Below are positions 53,395 to 64,000 of a stretch of DNA of 64,000 nucleotides, piece after piece. Within the stretch, counting starts at the first letter, position 1. Every line of letters starts with the position of its first letter. The notes beneath the pieces are model-generated. The model was not told where the DNA came from. It did not search any database and was given only the letters and a program-made list of their open reading frames with translations. Origin of the DNA: Octopus vulgaris (taxonomy: Eukaryota); NCBI GenBank assembly GCA_951406725.2, contig OX597837.1:1116001-1180000 (forward strand), written 5' to 3'. A program made the translations under genes and the position numbers.

Positions 53395-54008
53395 TGGCAA
53401 ACTCCGTCCTATAAAGCTGCCATTCTTACTATTCTTATGTATGGCCCAGAGTCGTGGATACCGTATAGATGACACATTAACCAACTAGATATCTTCCACA
53501 AAGTCTGTCTGAGGATAATCTGTGGTTATTCACTAAAAGACAAAGATTGTAATGCCGACTTGTTTAGCAAGTGTAAGATTGGTGGAATTGAGAGCAGCCT
53601 TATACAATGACAATTGCGCCGGGCTGGCCATGTCGTCAGAATGAGTAACGAAAGAATACCCAAAGTCCTCGTGTACAGCCAGATATAACAAAAAGCTGAA
53701 GAGTAACCTCTTAGTGATGAATATAGCTCACAACACCTTTGAGCGAACAGCCTTGGCACGAACAAAATGGAGATCGTTATGTCAAAATGGTATTAAAAAC
53801 ATTGTTGCAACCAGTATCGACAGGCTTCGGGGTGCAAGGCAAAGGAGGAAAGTGGCTGGAAATATACCACCTGCATTCACCTCATACTTGCAACATCTGT
53901 GGCCTTCTTTTTGAAATCGTTGGTGCCACTTAAATGACACATTCGACATAATTATTATGACTGATAAAGAAAAAGTATGTTGTCGAAACTGACGGGAGAG
54001 TCCATCAT
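53395..54008 (+). pseudogene. Decayed RTE (BovB-like) LINE 3' fragment
   Basis: Translation with stops LLYGPESWIPYR*HINQLDIFHKVCLRIICG...QLRRAGHVVRMSNERIPKVLVYSQ..., then ALARTKWRSL and a C-x2-C motif (HTCNICG), matches the RTE ORF C-terminus. Confidence 0.8.
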
Positions 54009-54044
54009 ATATAAAGCCATAAATGTCAGGTTGTAAATGAAGGA

Positions 54045-54348
54045 ACAAGGTTCAGGGATTAATGTCAGGCTCACAATCATGAGGTAGTGAGTTCGCTTTC
54101 TGGAACGGGCTGTGTGCTGCTTTCTTGAGTAAGAAACTTTATTTCATGTTGCTCCAATTCACTCATCACTGGTGCCAAGTTGTATCTCCCTATGCCCTTT
54201 CCTTTGGACAATATTCGAGGCATAGAGAGACTGGTATGCATGGGCGACTGCTGGCCTTCAATAAACAACATTGCCCGGACTTGTGCCTCGGTGGGGAACA
54301 TCTTAGGTGCACTCCCATGGTCATTCATGACCGAAGAGGGTCTATTTT
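54045..54348 (+). mobile_element. SINE family D (tRNA-like head, distinct 3' half)
   Basis: GCTCACAATCATGAGGTAGTGAGTTCG head and CTTGAGTAAGAAACTTTATTTCA, similar to the heads at 10086-10370 and 38467. The 3' half is unrelated to family C. Confidence 0.65.
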
Positions 54349-54572
54349 CATGAGAGATGTGTATATTTCTGTAACCACTTCTCATCCATAAGAATACAGG
54401 TGTTTCGCAACCTTCATCACCAAATAATGATTTCACTGTACAGTAAATTATGTTTGCATGTCAACACTAAATATGCATGCTACGCATTAACAGTACAGCT
54501 GTATATTCACAATTCAGTGCATATAAAGTAGGCTCATCAGATCACCACAACATCATGGTTACACCAACGCTT

Positions 54573-54629
<57 letters not shown>

Positions 54630-54633
54630 AGGA

Positions 54634-54668
<35 letters not shown>

Positions 54669-55717
54669 GCAAACAGCAATTATAGAGTACCCAGTTTGTA
54701 CAGTTGGGAGTATCCTCGATGGCGTCTCTGATAAAAAGCTTTTACAATTCACAGATCTTCGAGTAATTTACACTAAAACTTATTAATAGCTTGTCTTAGA
54801 ATTTGATATCGATGAAAACGTTGGCAGACTGATTACATCAACGACTGGAAGGAGACTTCTTTCGCGGAGTGTGTTGTTGCTACAACGTGTAAATAACAAG
54901 GAGACGTGTTTGCGAAACTTAACATGTCAAACAAAATTGCAGGCATAGTTCTTTTATAATGCCAAATATGCAAATTTGGAATTTTATTAAAATGTTTTAA
55001 AGAAAGCGATGTGAATTGGTGAAATGCAAGTAATAATATGCAATAAAAAGGGAACTAAAGATGCTGAGGGTTAGCATATATTTTAAGATTTATAGCCACG
55101 TTGCAACCAGACGGACGGCGTTGGAAACAATTGGTCCAAGCCCATACTGAATCCAACAAACCAAAATAAATGATACCCCGCTTTATTGTATTGAGTACTC
55201 TCTTCTTTTCGTTTTCCATTACTGCTAAACTATCTATGCATTGATGTGTAATATATGTGTATATATATATATATACACACACACACATATATATATATCT
55301 ATATATCTATATAGTTCTATTTTCTAAAGGGGATATATATAAAATATTTATATATATATTCTTATCGCCATTTGTCTCTAGCAATAAATAATACACACGC
55401 ATAAATATATATATATACATGCATATATATTTATAGATATATGTGTGTGTATATATATATATAATTATATATATATATATACATGCATATATATGTATTT
55501 ACATACATATATATATATGTATATATACGTAGATATATATATATATATATATACATACAAATATGTATACATATACAAATATATATATACATATAAATAT
55601 ATATATATATACATGTATACACACACACACATTCTATATGATTATACATGAGATTTAGTTTCGTATTTGCGTTAACCTTATTTCGCTATTGCTTTCCTTT
55701 ACATCCTATCGTTTTTG

Positions 55718-55755
<38 letters not shown>

Positions 55756-56147
55756 CATTATTATTATTATTATTATTATTATCATTATTATTATTATTAT
55801 TATTATTACCTCATGCACATTCTGTAATCAAGTTCAGACCAGATATTCCTCCTCTATGAATAATTCCAGCCAAAATTACCCTCTGTCTTCGACAAAAATA
55901 TTTTCTTTTTTTTTCTCCTCCAATCTCATCGACTGGTTTGTATCTAAGCGCGCGTGCACAACCAAACACTCACACAAACAGACACACACACACACACACA
56001 TATAGAAATATAGTGCACATTAGTATTTGGATAGATGCATATGAATACAAGCATGTATATACATATATATATATGTGTATATATATATATATATACATAT
56101 GTGTGTGAGTGTCAGTTTCTGTGGCTATACGTGAATAAGCATGTGTA

Positions 56148-56194
<47 letters not shown>

Positions 56195-56331
56195 TATATA
56201 TACATATCTGACTATATATATGATACAGTATATATATATATATGTAAATACATATATATGCATATATATATATATCCAGATATATACATCTATAAAAACA
56301 CACATACAAGCACACACACATATATATGAAC

Positions 56332-56372
<41 letters not shown>

Positions 56373-57744
56373 CACATATATACAATATATATATATATAT
56401 ATATATATACATGTTTATATATATGTGTGTGTGCTTGTATGTGTGTTTTTATGGATGGATATATCTGGATATATATATATATATATATATATATATTGAT
56501 GGATGTATATATCTGGATACACACACTTTTCAACTGCCGAATCTTCTTTTCTCTCTTCCGTTTCGTGACATTTTTTCCTATATTTTGTTTTTATGATTTA
56601 TTTATATATTTTTCATGTCTTATGTATATTTATGTGCTTATCACTGTGTGTGTATACATACATATATATATATCTGTGTATATGAGTATGTGTAGTTATA
56701 TATATGTGTATGTATGAGTTTTTGTGGTTATATATACGAATACGTATGGTATGTGTGCGTGTGTATATACACATACACAATCAAACACATATAAGCACAT
56801 ATATTTACATATGTGCACAGCCTCTCACAGATACACGCTTATATAGTTGTCCCCCCACACACACACACACTTTCGTATATATTGTCTCGCTCCACCTTTC
56901 CTTTCTTCCAGAAATTCCTCTGTCCATTCGCTCCCCGCCAACCCTCCACCATTCGTCACACTTCATTAAATCTTCACACTGATTTTCTATTTCTATACTC
57001 CTCCATCTACTTATCCATACATTTATTCATATACACAATTTTTTTAAAACTTTTTCATCCGTTTTTTTTTTCTTTTTTTTTTTTTACGTTTGTGAGATTT
57101 TGTATTTTTGTTCATTATTTTGCAATGGAGTAAGCATGTATGTCTATGTTCGTTTTGTGTCCTGCCGGAAGCAACATCAACATCACTCACAAAGACAAGA
57201 CTAACAACAACAACAACAAAAACTACATTAGCAACACTTGCAAAAGTAATAACTACTTAAAAAACAACACTAGCAACAACAACACCTTAAAACAACAACA
57301 GCAACAAGAAATACATTATTAGCAAGAAAATATAGAGCATCGGCAACATTAACAAGAACAACATCAGTAACACTAACAACAAGAATATCAAGGCAAATAG
57401 CAAAAACAACAACAACAACATACACGACAACAGCAACAACAAGCGTAACAACAGCGGTACAAGCATCATCATCATCAACAACATCAACAACACCGACAGG
57501 AATGGCGATAATATTTTATTTAACGCCGTCTTTAAGTAAAAACATCTCACTCATCACCAAATATATTGTTCAGCTTCGTTGCATTATAGTTTAGGATGTT
57601 GCTGCTGCTGATAATGATGATGATGATGACGATGACGATAATAATGATGATGATGATAATGATGATGAAAAGCGTCAGCATTATTATAATCTCATCGCCC
57701 TCGTTATCCGTTTATATAATATGATGAATGACGCAACCATGATA

Positions 57745-57960
57745 TCGGTTTGAAATTTTGGCACAAGGCCAGCGGTTTTGGGGAAGGACCAATTCGATTC
57801 CATCGACCCCAGTATACCGCGGGTACTGCTTCTTGTATTGACTGCAAAAAAATAAAAGGCAAAGTCGACCTCAGACGAATTGGAACTCAGAGCATAAAGC
57901 TACAAGAAATGTCGCTAAGCATTTCGCACTGGACGCTAACACTTCAGCTAGCTCGCCGCT
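57745..57960 (-). mobile_element. SINE family B
   Basis: GGCACAAGGCCAGC...GGCAAAGTCGACCTC...GCTAGCTCGCCGC. Confidence 0.85.
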
Positions 57961-58553
57961 TTATGGAGCCATAATATTCCATCATCATAACTATCACTAT
58001 CATCGTCAACAGAACTTCCATCAAATTCGTGGCCATCATCATCATCATCATCGTTGTTGTATTCTTTGTCGTTGAATCCCCGTCACCCTTCGCTCTCCTC
58101 CTCCTCCTTCTCATCACGCACTTTCCTATTAATTTCTCCTGCAGTGGACGCCCGCAGGGAAAGTACTTGGGCCTTTCTGTTTCACAATTACGCCATTCCT
58201 TTTTGTTTCTGCTCGACACAACTCTGTCGCAAAATAAATCAATTAACAGCCGTTTCTCCATGATTCACTGACGAGTTCAAATAAGACAGAAACATGCCGG
58301 ACATTCGTCTATATCATAAAATATCAAATTTACTACATTATACATGTTATTTATTCAAATGTCAGAGTTCTCTTACGTCTGTATTACCGGAAGTACTCAC
58401 CTCAAAAACTATTATTCTTATCATTATCTTTGTAATTTTAAATTAATTAAATTTAATTAAATTAATCGCTTTCTATATCCACAATATTGTTGGGCACTTT
58501 GCTATTAAGTTTTTATATAACAGGCATCCTGAAGTAATTTTTCCCAAACCTTC

Positions 58554-58604
<51 letters not shown>

Positions 58605-58790
58605 CGTGCGTGTATGTGCGTGTGTGCGTGTGTGTCTATCTATGAACCATTAGCAGCAGCCATATAGTAGCAATACCGCTAAAAACATATTCATGTCGAC
58701 TGCAGCCATTTTAACAGCAAAGATCAAAAACATCATCATCATCATCAACAGCATCATCTGCCAATATCACTGCAAATTCATGGCTTCTGG

Positions 58791-58821
<31 letters not shown>

Positions 58822-58889
58822 CTTTGCTTTTCTTATGATACCACCGAACACATGCAATTCTACTTTCATGAAATTTCAATTCTTTGAAG

Positions 58890-58922
<33 letters not shown>

Positions 58923-60611
58923 CTGTGTGTGAGTGTGTGTGTGTGTGTGTGTGAGTGTGTGCATAATGTCAGTTAGTGAGTTTCATTCTTTGATGTTGCA
59001 TATTTTATAAACGAAACGTCGAGGCAGTACTCAATACGTGGTGTACAATTTATTGATTGATAATTCAAACTGACTGCTTTCTCAACTTTTCCCTCATTAC
59101 TATTCCACCACGATTGTATATCCACTTTACCGTATTTTTGTCCGTTCTTTTACGCTCTGGGTTCAAAACCAGCCGAGGTCAATCGTTGGGGCATCAGACA
59201 AACTGATTTATGGTGTTTAAGCTGTTTAAGTTTTTGGTTCTCATCTCACCTGAGTCGTGTTTGCTTTTCGTTTCTTGGAGCAGAAAAAAAATAATTGTAC
59301 CAGTTAAATACTTGGGTCAATATGAACGCCAATCTCCTCCTTTACTGGCCTAATTTCTGACCTTGTCCCTATGGAAATATTTGTTATAATTAATAAATGA
59401 ATTACCTGTAACTGTTTGAAAAACGAGAAAAAGAGTGAAAAGAAGGAAGAAGCGAAAGAAAGAATTCCTTTGACTGAAGATGAATGAATCACTGCCAGTT
59501 CTCGAAATTTCCTTTTTAAATTGAGAAAATAAACGAATACCTACCGGCCATTGTCAGTAACACTCAGAGAAAAAGGAGATTATTCCAAAGAATTAAGAAT
59601 CTGAACTTCGTTAGTATAAACTCATTTGTTGGTAAATAGTTGCTCTGGAATATGGAAGGATACTAATGCAAATGTAGAAAGAAAAGAAAGAAAAAAAGAA
59701 TATAGAAATGAAAGGTCAATCCACCCCGACCCCTTCTTCGCAACCCTACCAAAATAATGTCACGACCTGGTTTCCATCTACGGCACCACGCCGTACCCAA
59801 TCCTCGACGACCCATGATCTTTTACACCCGCATACAATCTTATTCTCCAGCAAACACCCCACCACCTCCACCACCAAAACAATAATTACAACCATCACCA
59901 CTCTCACCACAACAACTACCACCACCATCACAATCCTCACCACCGTCAACACTGCAAACAACACCATCATCACGACCGACTTGAGCTGACTGAGAAGTCT
60001 TGACGTGGTTATGTCGCTGCTAGATATAACAGCCAAATTTGTGTGACATTAAACTCTTTCGGCTTTTAAGCAAGGAGACAGATTGGATGGTGTTGGTTTA
60101 GTTTTACTTCTCTGCGGAAAATGACGGGGTGGTCATGGCCGGCATAACTGTAGGCTTGGAGCCAAACAAGAACAAGATCAAAGACAACTGACTGTAGTCA
60201 TTGCCAGTAATACCTTAACAACAACAACAACAACACTACCATCACCATCATCATCATCACATACTACATAACTACTATCACAACTGCCACCGCCACGACA
60301 ATCACCACCTCCCCCACCAGCATAGGTAGCATTGCCTCCAGCACAACTACCGCTACCACCATTGTCATCATATACCACTGATACTACCAACACCGCCATC
60401 ACCACAATTACCACAACCACTACCACCATCGTCATATACTATTGCCACCATAGCTACCACCACCATTACCATCGAAAGTGCCGGCATCATCGCCACCACC
60501 ACCACAATCATCATCACATACCATTGTCGCCATCACCACCACATAAACAGTACCATTATTCGCAGTTATTTCATATAGATAGATAGCTAGCTAGATAGAT
60601 AGATAGATAGA

Positions 60612-60787
60612 TATTTCTTTATTGCTCATAGAGGGGACAAACTAGGAAAAGGGATTAAGTCGATTACATCGACCCCAAAAGGATGCAAGACAAAGTCGAG
60701 CTCGGCGGAATTTGAACTCAGAACGTAACGGCAGACGAAATACCGCTAAGCATTTCGCCCGGCATGCTAACGTTTCTGCCAGCTCAC
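60612..60787 (-). mobile_element. SINE family B variant with AATAAAGAAA + (TATC)n tail
   Basis: Near-consensus head (reverse complement of CGTTTCTGCCAGCTC) and B-box GTTCAAATTCC. Tail differs from the other B copies. Confidence 0.85.
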
Positions 60788-61108
60788 CAATCTTCAGTCA
60801 TTCCATATATAACATGACTGCATCTCACCCAATCATATCACAGTAAATGACAACCTGGTGTGCGTGTGTGTGTGTTGGTGGCTCGTAATGATTGTATTTA
60901 CATGTGTTGTGTATATATGTATGCAGCTATGTATGTGTGTGTGTATATAAACATACATATGTCTCTGTGTGTGTATGTATATGTAGAATATTTTGTGTAT
61001 ATGTATATAATGTAACTAAACTACTTTGTGTGTGCTATCCAAGTTGTTTTTTTATCTCTTCGGCTTTCTATTTTTTCAGTGTGTGTATGTGTGTGAGAGA
61101 GAGTGAGA

Positions 61109-61154
<46 letters not shown>

Positions 61155-61161
61155 GTGCGAC

Positions 61162-61201
<40 letters not shown>

Positions 61202-61599
61202 AACACACACGTACACATACACGTCTCTGCATGTGTGTATATACATTTCTATGTGAGTAGGTATATGAATATATGCACATATATATAGTGTGCATTTATA
61301 TATGTGTATATATATATATATATGGTGTATATGAGTGTGTATATTTATATGTGTAGTAGGGTGGGTGGGTGTCACTTTCTGAGTAAAGCAATTTTGAGAC
61401 AACACTTGAAAAAGATTGCAGAAGGATGTGTTAATAAGATGAGGCCGGTAGTGAGTTGTCGCAAAGCGAAAAGACGCAAAGACAGGAAATTCTGAACCCT
61501 TAAAAATGATAAAGAAATTACTGGCTCATAATGCCTTCTTGTTTGTATGTCTGTTCATATTTCTGTGGGTGTGTTTGTCTATGTATGAATGTCTTTGTC

Positions 61600-61713
61600 G
61601 TCCTGGTTCAGTCCCACTGCGTGGAACCTTGGGCAAGTTACTTCTACTATAAGCTCGGGCCAACCAAAGCCTTGTGAGTGGATTTGGTAGACGGAAACTG
61701 AAAGGCGCACGTC

Positions 61714-61774
<61 letters not shown>

Positions 61775-62105
61775 CATACATACATATATATATATTTATA
61801 TATATACACATTGTGTGTGTTACTCCACAAATGTATGCAGTGAACGGATGTGATCTATTCTTTAGGCTTTAAGGCTTGCGAGAATAATCATGTGGGTTCC
61901 AATTTCCCTTTCTGAATCTAGTATCACCTTGTGTTCTTGACAACCGGTGTTAGAGTGTTTACATCTTCATAACACTAGCGGTTCGTCATAAGAAAGTGAT
62001 CGATAAGTACCAGGTTTTAAACAATAGGTACTGGAGTCGATTTTTTCTCGCTAAAGTCCTTCTAGGTGGAGCCCCTGCATGGCGGCAGTCAAATGACTGA
62101 AGCAA
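61600..62105 (+). mobile_element. SINE family A (5'-truncated, interrupted in the central microsatellite, or two partial copies)
   Basis: GGTTCAGTCCCACTGCGTGG...GCACGTCG (TA)n, ~100 bp of other sequence, then a diverged 3' half. Confidence 0.75.
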
Positions 62106-62146
62106 ATATCTGATATATGTCTGTCTGTCTGTCTGTTTGTCCATCC

Positions 62147-62187
<41 letters not shown>

Positions 62188-62281
62188 GTCACACATGTAT
62201 ATTTACATAAGCATATTCACAAATATGCATATATATGGATGCTTGCCTATATGTATATAATGTGCATGTATATATGTATGC

Positions 62282-62650
62282 GGAGGCACAGTGGCCCAGT
62301 GGTTAAGGCGGCGGACTCGCGGTAATAGGATCGCGGTTTCGATTCCCAGACTGGGCGTTGTGAGTGTTTATTGAATGAAAACACTCAAAGCTCCTCGAAG
62401 CTCCGGCCCTGTTGTACGCTTTCACCACAACATTCTCTGACTCTTACATCCTGTTTCTGTTGTACATGTATTTCAAAGAGGCCAGCCTTGTCACACTCTG
62501 TGTCACGCTGAATCTTCCCGAGAACTACGTTAAGGGTGCGCGTGTGTCTGTATAGTGGTCAGCCACTTACACGTTAATTTCACGAGCAGGCTGTTCCGTT
62601 GATCAGACCAACTGGAACCCTCGTCGTCGTCGTAATCGACGGAGTGCCAC
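62282..62650 (+). mobile_element. SINE family C, full length (tRNA-Arg-like head; possibly the octopus OR type)
   Basis: A-box TGGCCCAGTGG, B-box GGTTTCGATTCCC and tail CCCTCGTCGTCGTCGTAATCGACGGAGTGCCA. Confidence 0.9.
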
Positions 62651-64000
62651 GATATATGTATATGTCTGTATAGAAATGTTTGTTTTTGGAAAATTGACAA
62701 ATCTCTGGTCTGTGGAACTTGTGTAAATGATCGGTTGTCTGATCGCGTGAATGATCGATTCGTAGATTGTATGACTGATTGGTTATTAGTTTTTAAGATA
62801 TTCCTTCAGTAATTATTGGAATGGTTGACTTGTAAATCGATGCTTAATGAACCTCTGTGATTGATTAGTAGATAGATTGATTGATTATTTGAAGGATCAT
62901 TGCAATCGCCCAGTGTCCGCCTGCATTAATCTGTTCTTTGTGTCACTTCAGCGCTTTTTAGTGTTGTGAGAATTCAGATCAAGATTTATAAATTTTCTTT
63001 CCTATAATCCTCCTGTCTTAAAGGCCTGGCAAAAATCCATGATTCACGCTTTTTCAGTTTTAGCTACGTTTTCGAAATGTGTCTTTTATCAGTTGTACTA
63101 TCTAAAACCAGCGGCACCGGCTCCTTGATTGAATTTCAGAGCATCCAACTCTATCACTCTATCTAGCATTCGTGTAAAGTGTTTGGTGTAAAGGTAGATC
63201 CTTTCCCAATTACAGAGATAGCAACCCGCGCCAACAATTGCATCGTCCAGAAGATGAAACTACGAAGGTTTAGAAACATTGGTGATTGATTCACTAAGGG
63301 AACTGTATTGTACTAAAAAATCTGCAAGGAAATCATTAGCATACACATGCACACCCACACAATCACAGACACATAAACATGCGCACATAGAAGCAGACAC
63401 TTACATAATACTCTCTTTCACATACATGCACACGCGCGCACAGAGGCACGCACACACACAAACTTATGCGCACATATGTACACACATATACATCTGCGTA
63501 CGATAGCAAGGGATCTTTCAACTATTAAAATTCTTGATGTTCGCAACCAGTTGTGAACGGTTGTAGCTGGGATTGAACCAGGATTCATTCTATAAACATG
63601 TTAACAGTAGAACAATGTAACACACTTTATCCACTGCAGCATTGTATGCTTTCTTCTGCATCTGTAAGAATTGATTTGCAAACTAACGCAGAAAAATACA
63701 GAGGCCCGAATCGTTTTACCCTTATGCAGAGCAAACTAAAGTTTCATGTACAGAGCACGCTTTTTGTAAATTAGCCTGTTTGTCGATTCTATAGAGAAGA
63801 TTGAGAAGGGAAAGAAATTGTTGACCGTGTGAATTGGGAACGTTGCACTGTCGTTCGATCTTGTGATCGATATAAAATGAACAAAACGGCATTTTCGAGG
63901 TATATTTGGGTACTACGAGACCAATCAGAGGCTGTCTCTAGAATATTCTGTATCTGTGTGTCTATGTATATATATACTTGTGTGTGAACGTATATGCATA

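Noticed and set aside
54080-54101. TGAGGTAGT resembling the 5' end of let-7
   Set aside because: It lies in a tRNA-derived SINE head, and the rest of the let-7 sequence and its hairpin are absent.
58262-58302. CUGACGA...GAAA-CAUG-CC hammerhead-like motif
   Set aside because: It lacks the UH cleavage dinucleotide and convincing stems I and II.
62282-62355. tRNA-like sequence with A and B boxes
   Set aside because: It continues directly into a SINE body found in several copies, and the acceptor stem does not close.
63915-63930. GACCAATCAG CCAAT box near the window end
   Set aside because: A single motif with no TSS evidence, and the downstream context is cut off by the window edge.

Overview
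Eukaryotic, AT-rich, essentially non-coding DNA dominated by microsatellites. The abundant tRNA-headed SINEs match from memory those that dominate Octopus (coleoid cephalopod) genomes, so this is most likely an octopus gene desert or very long intron (inference). Almost all ORFs in the track are artefacts of (TA)n/(CA)n/(GATA)n/trinucleotide repeats. The only convincing coding sequence is retrotransposon-derived: a young 5'-truncated L1/Tx1-like LINE with an open ORF2 C-terminus (36105-37372, minus) inside a GATA/GACA array, a decayed L1/Tx1-like RT fragment (14750-15180) and a decayed RTE fragment (53395-54008). There are many copies of at least four SINE families and several MITEs (mariner-, pogo- and hAT-like, plus two unclassified foldbacks). 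The most interesting signals not explained by the ORF track are five minimal type-I hammerhead-ribozyme motifs of the Penelope/retrozyme kind (17836, 21586, 21750, 39688, 53274), a strand-asymmetric pre-miRNA-like hairpin (34021-34096), a 3' tail shared between the Tx1-like LINE and one SINE copy, and a partial HDV-like ribozyme fold. Short unique islands carry paired E-boxes, nuclear-receptor half-sites, homeodomain sites and candidate splice sites. No complete host gene, rRNA, bona fide tRNA or CRISPR array could be supported. Repeat boundaries are by-eye estimates.
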